The notes beneath the pieces are model-generated. The model did no database searches, was not told where the DNA came from, and worked only from the letters and a program-made list of their open reading frames with translations. A stretch of 64,000 nucleotides of DNA from Dudresnaya verticillata (Eukaryota): assembly GCA_977862235.1 (NCBI GenBank), contig OZ374562.1:2046001-2110000 (forward strand), written 5' to 3'. Position numbers and translations under genes: made by a program. Of this stretch, positions 49,742 to 62,162 are shown in pieces. The stretch's first letter is position 1, and each line of letters opens with the position of its first letter.

Positions 49742-51217
49742 TTATTCGTCGTCGGTGGCCTGGGACTCCATTTCCTTGGCTTGTGCAATTGCCCACAACA
49801 AAGCCTGTGCCGAGCGACCCTTTGCTTCTGATGCTTCGTACCGCACCTTGTCTCTCTCTGCTTCTTCTGTGGCACGAGCTACTTCTTCGTCACGTGGTTT
49901 AAACGCCGAAGAAAGGGCGTCTAGCCCGATAATATTGATCTCCTGACCTTCCCGTCTACGTTTACGAAGCGGTCCACTTGATTCCTGGCTGGGCCTCGTG
50001 CCACTGGCGACACCCTCTTCGCGTTGGGCATCAGTCGGTAGCGCTCTTGTAGAAAGCGGTTCCAACACTGGGTTCTGTTTCACAAAGCAAAAGGCATACA
50101 TAATATGCGCCCTGTTGTCCGAGAAATGGACAAACTCTTCTGGTTCATTATGGCCTGAAGCTTGATAGTGAGACAAGCACGTTCCAAAGTTAGACTTAAA
50201 CTCTGCGAACTTTCGACTCAAAACCCCAGCATGACGAATATGTGGCCGCTTCGAAGGATCAATTGCCGCTATGTCCGCTCGCGTCACACCTCCTGCAACC
50301 ACGGAAATAGCAATCGGTTTGAAACTATCGTCATTGAACAACGGCGCAATATGATCTGTCCACGGATCAATAGGGTCAGCATCGAGCTCTTCTCTTGTCC
50401 TTGGAACCATCAAATGTGTTCTAGCGGTTGTCATACGAGCGTCTGCCAGCACGTGCAGCAGTCTGCAATACTCACTTGCCTCAAAAGGAGGTTCCCGTTG
50501 GTTTCGCAGCGCCGTGGATTCGCCGAGCATTGGCTCTCCAACTTGAACTTCTTCACCATCGAAAACAGGTAAATCTCCTCTTATCCACCCGATCGTCTCC
50601 ACCCCTGCCGTATTTTTGCTGATGCGTACAGCAGTAGAACGAAGTCCCGTCAACGGAAGGAGCGAGACGTCTTCCGAAGCTTCTATCTTTTCGACAAGCT
50701 CCAGAGCATCATTGACACAGAACTGTCTTTGTGTCATCTTGACTGCCAGAATCTTCAGCTTAATGACTAGCTTAGAGTTTTGAGCTCCCGTCACCTTTAT
50801 ACCTTTGAGTATCGCTTTACAGGTAGTGTTGTCAATTAGCGAGAATCGAACTAGTTTCTTGGCTTGCTCAAAACAAGTCGGAATCGTGACACGGGGGCTT
50901 TGCTCCACGTCATCAACGACAACAGCTCCAACTTGATCCTCGTTCGCAACAAGAGGCGCTTGTAAGGGCGGGTGCTGATCCGCTCGTGTCATCGAACTTG
51001 GAAGAAGGGGGCTGCGTATGGACTGCCCCCCGGCGGTCGAAATAACCTGTTCTCGATTCATGGAAGCTGGCGATGAAAGTTCTTCACTTGGACTTGGGCG
51101 AATTGTTGCTGCTGGGATAATTGGATGCTCGCTTGCTTCATGAGCTCGGCCATCAGCCTGAGACCTTGAACGTTCCATTATCCCCTGAAACGGCTCAACT
51201 TTAGCGTGCCGCTGCAA
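49742..51217 (-). CDS. Harbinger ORF2, putative Myb/SANT-like accessory protein
   Basis: 491-aa ORF inside the TIRs, convergent with the transposase; FEASEYCRLLHVL...LSRKFAEFKSNF...ASGHNE; product inferred from position. Confidence 0.75.
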   Translation of the reverse strand: MQRHAKVEPFQGIMERSRSQADGRAHEASEHPIIPAATIRPSPSEELSSPASMNREQVISTAGGQSIRSPLLPSSMTRADQHPPLQAPLVANEDQVGAVVVDDVEQSPRVTIPTCFEQAKKLVRFSLIDNTTCKAILKGIKVTGAQNSKLVIKLKILAVKMTQRQFCVNDALELVEKIEASEDVSLLPLTGLRSTAVRISKNTAGVETIGWIRGDLPVFDGEEVQVGEPMLGESTALRNQREPPFEASEYCRLLHVLADARMTTARTHLMVPRTREELDADPIDPWTDHIAPLFNDDSFKPIAISVVAGGVTRADIAAIDPSKRPHIRHAGVLSRKFAEFKSNFGTCLSHYQASGHNEPEEFVHFSDNRAHIMYAFCFVKQNPVLEPLSTRALPTDAQREEGVASGTRPSQESSGPLRKRRREGQEINIIGLDALSSAFKPRDEEVARATEEAERDKVRYEASEAKGRSAQALLWAIAQAKEMESQATDDE

Positions 51218-51772
51218 CGAGTCGGCTTGTTAACAAGGAGCGAAGCACGCCCACAGCAATGAGAAGGGGCGGGCGGCACTTCGGAGAGAGAGAGAGTTGG
51301 CTACGCCCAGCTTGCAGCCAGCGTCGCTTCGGTCTTTGATGCGGTCCGCTTGTAATTTCCTTGTCGGGGAAACTCCAGCTTTCCCCGCAGCCGCGGAAAT
51401 CTGATAACGGTTGGAAACCAAGGATGCCATCATGGCCTTTATTCATTGGTCCGCCAGAATTTCCGATTTCCGATTTCCCCGGTTCCAAGCCGGATAGAAT
51501 GGCCCTCAATGGCGTCGTGCTGTTTCCAGAAATTCCATGCACTGTGACCAGCAATGCGTTGGGAATTACAGTCCGACAGCGCGAGGGGCGCATTACAGGC
51601 GTACTGCACGCGCAATATTACTCGCATATTACAGGCACACGCCACGTGTACTGCGAAAAGGCTCGAGCGGCTCATTCTCCCACAACGGACCGGACCGCCC
51701 TGGCCACGCTGACTTTTATATCGGGACAGCACGGCGACGGCTCCTAAGGTAAACGGACAAGAAACCCTTGGG

Positions 51773-52448
51773 TGTGGTGCAAACGCCGCGCGCGGCACCT
51801 CTGAAGTAATCTACCGCCGCTGGGGTGAACAACGTCGACGACGGACACCGACGGCCGTTCGGCGTGGAAATGATTCCGTAACCGCCCTGAGGGCGTTGGC
51901 GCCAACCCCCTCCTTTTTTGAGGAGGAAAACCGGCATAGGCGTGGAAACCGTGGCTATCTCGGCCGCGGCTCAGGTTCAGGTGCCCGGGGAGGGCGGGTG
52001 GCATAAAGTGAATCGGGCCGCACGCGTACATGTAGTACACGTGAGCGCGTGCGCGCCGGGGCGTAACCAGACTAGCGCGCGCACGATTGGATCAGCGCCT
52101 CGCACTGTAATGATTAGTCGTGGCCACGTGTAAGTGTAAGCACCAGCGCGGCGCGCGCGGTGACGCGCGCGCATCTATCAGTACTACGGCTGCATCGCCG
52201 CGACGCTTTTCAGACGCACCGCGAAGCGCCACGTGTCTCAAGTTCCCGTGCGCTTGTCGCACCGTCGCTGCCGCGGGCGTAGTACTAGTAGTACTTAGGT
52301 AACCCATCTAGAACGTCACAATAAACCCCGGTCAGCCGGCCCGGGACCGGAATGCCCCTCTGCGCTTGTGCGTACCATCTAGCGCAGCCTGAGGCTTATG
52401 CGTCGGTACCACCGTGCTTCCACGTTTCCCACCGTCACTACATTTTAT
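51773..52448 (+). repeat. 5' part of a TGTGGTGCAAA-type LTR, interrupted by element C
   Basis: TGTGGTGCAAA start; TTAGGTAACCC block shared with the A and 46220 LTRs. Confidence 0.75.
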
Positions 52449-54094
52449 TGTGGTATAATGAGCCGCCAGGGGCTGTAAGCCATCACGTAGCGTGTGCCTG
52501 AAGTTTGTGCGCGTGTTCGCCGAGTGTGCGTCGGAGCGCTGTAAGCATGCACGCATTGCTGGGCGCAGCACCGTACCATTGAGATGGCTCCCCATTGTAG
52601 CATCTCGAAAGGCACCCCCCAGTACGGGGCCGAAATGAGACCCCAAAGGACCAGGAAGACCGATCGGATTTCGTAGCAAACGGCCGAACGTAGAGCGGAC
52701 CTGCACGCCGGTAGCAAGGGCTGTAGAGCGGGAGCGCACAGACGAAGTCGCGGCCAAAATCCTGGATGAGCAGTGGAAAATGGCCGAGGTGGGAAAAGGT
52801 TGCAAAACTTTACTCCCAACCTCTGGCGGGAGGGCTTCGTACCTATCCTGGCCGAGCCGTAGTTTGTGGGCGTCTAAGTAGACCCAAAATCGGCCATTGG
52901 AGCTAATCTAGAGCTATTCTACAGTTAGTGGCCGAGGTTACTCCCCGTCGGCCGTAATATCTACTTGTGTTCCGGCGTCGGGCCAATGTCATACCGTTAC
53001 CGGTCTAAACCAAGTACTTGTCCGTTAGTGGTTGGCCAAATGAGTTAGATTTTCCCTTGAATTTTCGGCTGTCTTCCTCTTGATTTCACTTGCGGCCAAA
53101 TCCAATTTCCTCTTTTCGCTTGTCTCCAGATCCGATCACACTGATCATGCGTGTACAGCGGGCCACGTGGTGCGCTTGGGTGTCGTAGGTGACCACGTGT
53201 GACACACGTGTACACTTGTTGGACACGTGTGTTTCTTGCGCGTGTTCACCGGTGTCCGCCCGGCCACACTGTCGTCGGCTGGCCAAACGTCCCTTTTTGA
53301 TTGGACCGACTGTCCTACTTGGCCCGGCCGATTGCGCCCGTTTCGGAGGCCCCTTGGTGTTGCGCCACACCGATAATTGGCTGATTAACCATAGCCGTTA
53401 GCGCTCAAGTGTACGTGCACAGGACGGTATACTACCGCTAATTCCCGCATTGTAATTGTTAACGCTAAGTCAGATAGCTTAGAATAGGAATAGCGGCGAA
53501 GGCGCTTCCGGCGTTCGTGATACATGTTGCGCCCCTGAGTAGCAGGGGTCTGCTGAATAGATCCCTACGGTGGGTTTCGGGTCTGTACCCTTTTTCGATC
53601 TAAACAGGCTCACCGTACCTCCTTCCTTCAAGGTGCTTTACAAGATTTAGTCGCGTACGACTTGGTGCTCTACGTGCTCTAGGGTGGCGCCGCCCCCTTC
53701 TTCCTCCCCTTTAGGCTCGCTTGCCTTTTCCTTTTTCCCTAAGTCTCTACCAGCCCTTCTTTCTGAGCTACCCTCGTTAGGGTGTACGCGCAGACAGGAC
53801 AGCTGTCTTGGCTGAATAGCGGGCTACTGGCTCACTGCGTGATAGTACTACACAGTGCCGTGCACCGCATCCGCGTGGGCTGCGTGCAGTGGCGGCGCTG
53901 GTGGCGCTGGTTCCGCTAGCGGCGCTGGAAATTCTGTTACCCGTCGCGGCGCGCTCCTGCTCTACCACCTTTACTACCGGTGCGCAGGTCCGTTCTACGT
54001 TCGGCCGTTTTGCTACGAAATCCGACAGGTCTTTTGGGTCTTCTTGGAGTCTCGCCCGGCCGCCGTACTCGGTGGTGCCGTTCGAGATACTACA
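52449..54094 (+). repeat. 5' LTR of element C (about 870 bp without the nested insertion)
   Basis: Inverted termini; PBS follows; colinear with the 47500-51684 LTR. Confidence 0.82.
52596..53369 (-). repeat. Solo LTR nested in the element C LTR
   Basis: TGTAGCA...CGCCACA; TSD CCCAT/CCGAT; 52596-52740 is an inverted match to 53945-54094. Confidence 0.75.
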
Positions 54095-54095
54095 C

Positions 54096-54113
54096 TGGTC
54101 TCCCGACCTAGAA
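54096..54113 (+). promoter_or_regulatory. PBS of element C, tRNA-Tyr-like
   Basis: TGGTCTCCCGACCTAGAA 1 nt after the LTR. Confidence 0.82.
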
Positions 54114-54866
54114 GATCAGCTGAGGTTTCGGCCGTGTCTCTCCGTTAGAAGACTCGAGTAGCTGGCCGTAGTCGACGACGGCCAGTATCTTCCTCGCTAC
54201 TGTGGTGGCCAAATCCCGCAAGTTGCAGATTGCGGGTTAGTAACTACCCGGTCTTGCAATCTGATTATCCGTCTACTTCAACCCGATTCAGTGGCCGCAG
54301 TCTAGGTCACAGGCCAGACACCCGTCGCTTGGTTCGTTCCCAGGTCGGCCGCTTTGCACACTTATTGGTTCGTTCCCAGCACAGGGAGCTTTGCATACGG
54401 CAGTGTCCGACCCTTGGTACAGGGGCTAGAACTCGGAATCGTCCGTTCCCACCCCTGTGTTTTGCACACGACAGTGTGGTTCCCAGGTAGGCTACTTTGC
54501 ACACGTCGGCCACGGGGTGTCCACGAATCGCTAGAAGTACACGGGAGATCAGTCTTCGAAGCACTTCTTCATGTCTTCTTCTTCTTCACGGGCAGGCGGA
54601 CAACCGCAGTCCTTATAAGGCTCGGCTCCGCCTCCCTCCACGTGGGCCGCTCCCATAGGGCCTCCACCGGCTCCTGGCCTTTATCCACCGTTATCGGGGC
54701 CAACACCAGCCCCTCCGGTCCCGTTATCGACTGGCCGGGGTATGCCTCCAACAGTCGGCCGAGCAGGGTCAGCCTCCACGGCAGGTGCCGTCCGTAATGA
54801 GGTACCGCCGAGGGCAGCTCTCCGATTTCGCCGTTTCGCACGCCACCAGCGGCCACCGCGCCGCCG

Positions 54867-56908
54867 ATGAGTCCGCTGGCCGCTCCTGCCAATCTTCGGC
54901 TGCCTCCGGTCGATGATGATTCCCAGCCAGAACATGATGTCTGGTTGGGCCGGCAAGAGTTCTACCAGTATAAGCGACGTACGGCCGATTGGCAACAAAA
55001 GGTGAAGAACCAGTTTGGCGAGATGCAAGTCAAGATGTCCACCACGGCTCTGATTAGGGACCAACAGCTTCGCCAAGAGATACACTCCGTCATTCTCGAC
55101 GGTGCACTTACGGCCATAGCCGAACTTTATGATGAGCGTCTGGAAAAGGTTGAGTCGGCCGTTTTCTCTTCCGACGGGAAGGTAAAACTGGCTGTTCCTC
55201 CTGTCCAGACAAGGTCCGAGTCCGCTCGGATGACACCGGCCAATCAACCAGTCTTGGCACCACAGGTTGGTGAACCGGTAGCAGCAGTGCAGAAGCAACT
55301 GGACAAGTTGCAAGATGAGATTACAGCCTTTTCGCATCCTGATAAGGCTCGGCCGAATATTCCAGTGGAAGGGGTACCACCGCAAAAGGGCAACACTCAG
55401 AACAGTGGTGCGCCCCACGACCTGCGTTAGTTGGACCTTCTGGCCCGGCTGAGGTAGGAGAATCTTTCACGGGATATGCCGGCCATTTGGATGAAACAGG
55501 TCTTCCAGTCGCAGCAATGGGGCCGATAGAACAGGGTCTAGAGCCTCTCAAGACCCTCCAGGAGACCTTCCGGCGGGTGGTGGATTACCGGACCCACCGT
55601 CTTCTGGATACTCGGCCGACGATGACTATGGAGGATGCGCGGCGCTTGTCCCGGATGACTCGCCAAATCCGGAACTTGTTCCCGCAGATGAACCCATTTG
55701 ACGGCCGACGCTCGATAGAACTTCTTTCTTTCCTCAAGGAGTTCAAGGATGCCTGTGATGGGACAAACGTTCATGAAGGGGCCGCTTTGCGTCTTCTGGC
55801 CTTCTTTACGGCCGGTGATGCGAAGAGGTTCTATTATGGCCGGATGTCCCGTGGTATACGGTCAGGACACTCCATCTTCCCGATGAGTGGATTTTCACAA
55901 TTCAGCTGGCCACACTTAGTCCATGCTTTCATCAAGCGCTACTGCACCGAAGATGTTCTGGCCGCCGCGTTTGACAAAGTGGCCAGAAGCAAACAGAAAG
56001 ATACCGAGACAGAAGCGGAATTCGCCGACCGGATAGGAGACGCGGCGCTGTCGTGCGCCGATGTCTTCTCGGAGAACACCCTGATCAACCATTATGTGAG
56101 GGGTCTAACTTCGACCACTCGTTCGGCCGTAGCTGAGAAGCTTATGCAGATGCGGCCGGAGGAGAAGGACTTCTCGACGGTGCGCCGTATAGCCATCGCC
56201 GAGGGGGAGACACACAGAGCCTACTTGGCTTCTGCACGTCCCAAAACAAGGTCGGCCAGTTCCCGAAGTGCGTTGGTCATCCCTACCCTTGCGGCCGAAC
56301 CTGCTTGGCAGGCGGAGCCCGAGAATATAGCGGCCAACTATGATGATCCGTTTGACACTATACCGGTTATGGCCATTACTCCTGGCCAGAATGGTGCTCA
56401 GCAAACACCGACAATGACGCCGACCACGCCGTCACCGGCTGGGTCGGTGTCCGGGGGTAATACCCCGGACCCACTCCGGAAGCCGCCAACGTTGACGGCC
56501 GATGAGCTGACCAAAGTCGCTATTATGCTACGCAGTGACAAGACAAGCGCCCGTTGTTGGGGTTGTCGCGAATGGGGCCATGATTTGTACACTTGTGTGT
56601 ACTTACCAAAGGCCATCAGGAACTTGTTTGCCATACGGAACTTCCACTTCCGAGATGAGTACTCTAGATGGCACCCTGAACAGTTTGCCGGCCGAGGTGG
56701 TCGAGGTTACCGCCCCGACCAAAGGAATGTCTCCTTTGGGGATGGAAGGGGACGCCCTCCCCCTCAGGGAATACTCCGACGGCCGCAGCAATCATCTTCG
56801 AACCGTGGGAATCGGCAGGATAAGTTAGTCACTACGCAAGAACATCCAATGGATGAGGTGGTGGCCTACGTCGAGTCCGATAATTCTTCGTTAGCATCGG
56901 GAACCTAG
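54867..56908 (+). pseudogene. gag: Gag of element C; one frameshift near 55430
   Basis: ORFs 54867-55430 and 55487-56908; CWGCREWGHDLYTC knuckle; similar to A and B gag. Confidence 0.9.
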
Positions 56909-56928
56909 CCGGGCCGAGATCTTGGGTC

Positions 56929-59900
56929 GTGATCCCGTTGCCCGTACACGTCCCAAAACCGGTTAGTCTCGTTTCCGTTAAGTTGTTTCCTTTTAGTAAC
57001 CTCCGTTTTTCTTCCTTGCTAGCCATTGCATGGCGTTTGGAAACGCCAATCCAGGTTTGGTCAACCCATGATTTGACCTACCACTGCCTATTTTCATCTA
57101 ACGGTCTGGTGTGGTCACCGCCTTGGCGGTTCGGCCACACTACATCATCATCATCCACCCCCATACCAAAAGATGGGGGTTCCTTGCCAAAGAGTGGCCG
57201 CAAACCATTGAACGAAGAAAAGAAAGACGTCTACCAGTCGGCCGATGTTTCATCACAAGGTATGGTTTGCATCCTGGGTGGGGCCAACTATACCCTCTCG
57301 GGTTCTTTTGGTCTCACCATCTCTGCCTTGATACCCGGACCCGTAGTCTTAGACACTTGCTCCGGGTGGAACATCATCCGATTGGATGTGTTGCCTCCCA
57401 ATTGGAAGGACAACGCACTTGTGTTGACATCCATACCTCTCCTAGGGGACGCCAACCAACGGCCGATTCACTTTCGAGGGGCCGTTTCCTTGGTCGTGCG
57501 CTTAGTCCGTCTTTCATATAGAGTGCCGTTCCTGATCTCCGACCTTCGATTTGCTGTACCCATCTTACTGGGTACAGCCTTTTTGAACACGCACGTGGAT
57601 AGCATCCAGTGTCGTGGTCAAACCGTGCGCTTAGTGCGCGGAGATGTCCTTCCGCTGCTCCCTGACAGCACTTCGATGGCTCTGGGGGCAGAGCCAACCG
57701 CTGCGAAGGGGGCCCCGCCTCCGGGTAATTCCAATTCGGCCAATATGGAACGCAAGCCTCCACGACACTACGCGGCCACTGTACGCTTGACAAAAGGTCT
57801 GACCATACGGGCAGGTCAACAGGCTAACGTGTCTGTTCGCAGTGCCGGCCGGGGTTTATGCGTGTTGGAGCCCAAACATTCTTTGAGCTTCCGGCACCAT
57901 ACGCGAATGGCCAATGGAGTTGCAGAAGTTCGGCCGCAGAAGCCATTCCAGGTAATGCTGGCCAACTGGGGATGAAAGGATGTCTTATTACCGAAGGGTA
58001 CGGTAGTCGGCTACGCCGTCCGTCACCCTATGGCAATCCTGACGCCACACCGACGGAGCGTGGAAAATATGGCCAATGTACTTGGACTCACCCCTCTGGT
58101 GGAGCAGGACATTAGTGAAGTAGAAGTAGAAGAGGTCGGCCAAGAAAAGGACAAGTCTTCGGAACCAGAGACACCCAGAAATGACGCAGAAGAATGGCGG
58201 GACAAGATCAAGCTTGATCACATCCCGGACAAGAAGCAACGTAAGAAGATAATGGCCATTCTGGAGAAACAAAGTGCGATGTGGGACGGTTCCTTGGGAC
58301 AGATCATGGCCACCGAACACCGAATAGACTTGGAGGATGGGACACGGCCAATAAGAGCCATGCCGTACCGACAGGGACCAGCGTTACGTGCAATCTCTGA
58401 CGCCGACATTAAGAAGCAGTTGGAGGCTGGAGTGATAGAGCCATCGTATGGAGAATGGGCCTCGCCAATTGTCATGGTGCCCAAAAAGGATGGCACTCTC
58501 CGCTTTTGTGTCGACTACCGCCGACTCAATGCGAAGAAAGTTGGCGACGCATACCCGCTCCCGCTCATGGACGATTGTATAGATTCCCTTGGGGATGCGG
58601 CCGTGTTTTCTACCTTGGACTGTAACTCAGGTTATTGGCAGATACCAGTGGCCGAAGAAGACAAGGATAAGACGGCCTTCAATTCCCACTTGGGGATATT
58701 CCGGTATAATCGAATGCCGTTTGGATTGAAGAACGCACCGGCCACATTCCAGCGCGCGCTTGATATAGTTTTGTCCGGCGTCCGTTGGCAAATATGTCTC
58801 ATCTACTTGGACGGCGTCATCGTGTTTTCTAAGAATGTGGAGGACCACCTGGGCCATCTGGACGAGGTGCTTACCTTGTTGAAGGCGGCCGGTATTACAT
58901 TGAAGCTGAAGAAGTGTTCGTTCTTCCAGACCAAAGTAGATTACCTAGGTCACGTGGTGACCCCCGGGAAGCTGAGTATGGCAATGCAAGGAACCAAGGC
59001 AATTCAAGAGGCCGAGTTTCCAGGTACCCTTACGGAACTCAGGTCCTTCTTGGGGAGCTTGCAATGTCTATCGAAGGTTTGTGGCCAAATACTCTACGAT
59101 CGCACGGCCACTCACGCGTATGCTATGCAAGGATGCAGAGCCAAACTTTGAGCAGCCGACAGAGGAACAGAGTCGTAGTTTCGAGAAACTGAAGGCAGCC
59201 CTAATCTCACCGCCGATCCTAGCCCTGCCTCGACATGGACGGCCTTATGTCATTGAAACAGGTACCAGCGCTTATCAAATTGGGTGTTTCTTACTCCAAG
59301 AGCAAGCGGACGAGACGTATCACCCAGTGGGATACTGGTCCCGCTCCCTGACTTCGGCCGAGAAGAACTATTCGGCCACGGAGTGCGAGTGTTTGTCTGT
59401 GGTGTGGGCCATTACATCGTTACGGCCATACGTTGAAGGGACGAAGTTCACGGTCCGCACGGACTATGACGCCCTTCGTTGGTTGATGTCGCTCACAGAT
59501 TAGTCAGGCCGCCTCACGAGATGGAGATTACGCCTAGCCGAGTTTGACTTTGTAATTGAATATAAGCTGGGATGCAAGAATCAGGTGCCCGATGCCTTGT
59601 CCCGATTTGTGGCCCCGCTAGAAAACGGAGACATACGGCCAATAGATGATACTGTACCTGCATTGGATGGTACCCCCTCTGTTCTCACGACCACACGGGC
59701 CAGGATAAATCGAGAAGTAGCCCACGTGGCCGATAGGAGGGAACGAAAAAACGAAGACGATGTTGATGCATGGGAAGAAGAGCATTTGATGGCCGATAAT
59801 ACTGACTACGGCCGGGCAGAAGCCTTCAGTCGCGCACAAGCAGAATGGAGGGCATCGGAGACACTCCCCGCACCATTGACACACGCCGAAATTATAGAAG

Positions 59901-61366
59901 GGCAGAAAAGCGATGACTTCTGCCAGACCATTATAGCTACACGTGCCGGTTTAGGGAAGTCCAAGAAACCCCTTTTCTTCGAGAGTATCCAGGGTGTCCT
60001 CTCCAGGAGGTGTCCTACGGATGGCCGACATCAAATAGTGCTACCCGCTTCGTTACACGGCCGTATCCTTCGGCTGTGTCATCATGCAGTTCTTGCAGGT
60101 CACCCTGGCCAGAACCGTATGTATCAGACACTCCGCCGGACGTATTATTGGCCACATATGGCCGCTGATTGCCTCGCCCCTATTCGGAACTGTGGCCAGT
60201 GCGCCAAGAATCGGATTCGCAGGCTACGCCATACGTCGAGGTTGAAGCTGTTTCCGGCCAATCAACCCTTGGAGAGCGTGGCCATGGATCTGCTTGGGCC
60301 GTTACCTCGGACGAAGAAAGGCCATGAGCATATATTAGTCATCACATGCTGTTTCTCTAAACTGACACAGGTGGTACCATTGGCCAAAATCACTGCGTAC
60401 AATGTGGCCATAGCCTTTTGCACTCACTGGTTTTTCAAATATGGAGCGCCGAAAACGGTACTAACCGATAATGGGGGGCAGTTCGCGGCCAAATTCTTTC
60501 AAGCGGTTTGTCCTCAGTTGCAAGTGGCCAATATATTCACGACGACATACCATCCACAGACCAATGGTCAAGTGGAGAGGTGTAATCGGACGCTGTCGGC
60601 CATGCCGCGAAGTTATGTGCATGAACACCAAACCGATTGGGACCAATATGCGGCCGCACTGATGTACGCGTACAACTATCATGTACATCGTTCTACGGGA
60701 ACTACACCGTTTGACTTGGTGCTGAGTCGGCCACCAGGACCGTTTTCGTTAGAAGCCACGCTAAATCGGCCAAAACCAACGGGAGCAGTCAAGGAAGCTT
60801 TCCTCCGAAGGTTGTCAGAGGCTGTGGATAAGGCATCGGCCAGTCTAACTCGCACGCAGACACGCTACAAGAAGGACTTTGACCGTTCAGTGCGAACGGG
60901 GAATAAGTCACTGGCCGCAGGAGAGTTCGTCTACTTGGATAACCCGGAAATACAGCCGAAGAAACTGGAGCACCACGCACAAGGGCCGTATAAGATTATA
61001 AGTAACGATGGCCGAACCTTCATGATAGACCGGGGTGGCCAGTTGGAACGCGTGAGCTCTAGCCGAGTTGTCGCGGCGCCAAGGCCACAAGGGCAACCAC
61101 TGGCTCCGGAAACTATGACTAGTGCTGCCCTTGGCAACCTCCCAGAGGGCGTGGCAGCGACGGCCGAGGAGTATGTCATTGACAAACTCACGGACATGCG
61201 CCAATATTCTACCGGCCGACGTTGGTTCCAGGTCAAGTGGTATGGTTATCACGGCCGAACGTGGGAGCCAGAAACTCTCTTGCCGGCCACATTGGTCTCC
61301 CGTTTCTTCGCGCGCATGGCGCGTCGAGCCACACCAACCCAAAGCAGTAGCGGTGGGCAGGTGTGA
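56929..61366 (+). pseudogene. pol: Pol of element C (PR, RT, RH, IN, chromodomain); a few stops and frameshifts
   Basis: [25 protein letters not shown] (decayed YLDD); KNYSATEC; MDLLG/TDNG/NGQVER; EEYVIDKL...FQVKWYGY..RTWEP. Confidence 0.95.
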
Positions 61367-62162
61367 AGTCGGCCGTTATAAGTCCAAGCGAGTGAAGCTA
61401 AGCGTCCGGCCGAAGACAAGTGTGGGTGAGGGAGCTGGTGAGGTCGAGGGGGGTCAGTGCTGGGTGGCAATAACATTTGGTGAACACATTTGGCACCAAC
61501 ACACGACGGCGGCCATTTAGGGCTGGACTACCCAGGTGCGTCTCGGCCAGATCACGAATGAATCGGCCAAAATCTCCAAGAGGCACGAGCTGGGACCGAG
61601 TTGAGTAATAGTGATTGGATGGTAAAAACTCACCATCCGGTCCTGGGGATGAGTAAGGTTAATTGCAGCCCGAAATCGTGCCGACATCCGAAGAGACATG
61701 GCGGCGGTTCCGACCTTCGCGGCTTGGCCACTTACACGTATGCTCCCTCGTAGAAAGACGGCCGAACTATTGCATCTTGAAGAAAGAATATCGGCCGAAA
61801 ACGAAGATGGAGCAAGTTGGCCGACCTACTGTAGCGCGACCGGAGCGCGAAGGCAACCTTGGCATCGGCCGAAGGATGAGGCTAACAACCGTAGAGCAAG
61901 GGGGAGCTTTCAAGAAACCCCCAAGAAGAAGACAACCATTAACCTTTAACTAAAGTTGGCCGAACACTAAGGGGAACAGCTGTTCCGAAAACAGGGAACC
62001 ACTTACCCGGTGTCGGCTGAAGTACTTCTATTATTGGCCATCAACTTTTGAACATAACAACAACTAGACAAAGACGGCCATGAACACACTAACATAACAT
62101 TGGCCGAAGAGAAAGGACGCCAAGCCTTCACAAGAACTTGGCCATCCACTTGAAGATGGCGG

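Larger units (their letters stand above)
48123..51505. mobile_element. PIF/Harbinger DNA transposon with two convergent ORFs
   Basis: TIR (C/G)GGCCATTCTATCC; subterminal GGAAATC repeats at both ends; 3-bp TSD TCA. Confidence 0.95.
47500..51684 (-). repeat. LTR related to the 5' part of the element C LTR, split by the Harbinger element
   Basis: 47600-48122 and 51509-51684 match the reverse complement of 53375-53850 and 52449-52595; AGCCATCTCAATGG is restored on removal; no TSD found. Confidence 0.8.
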
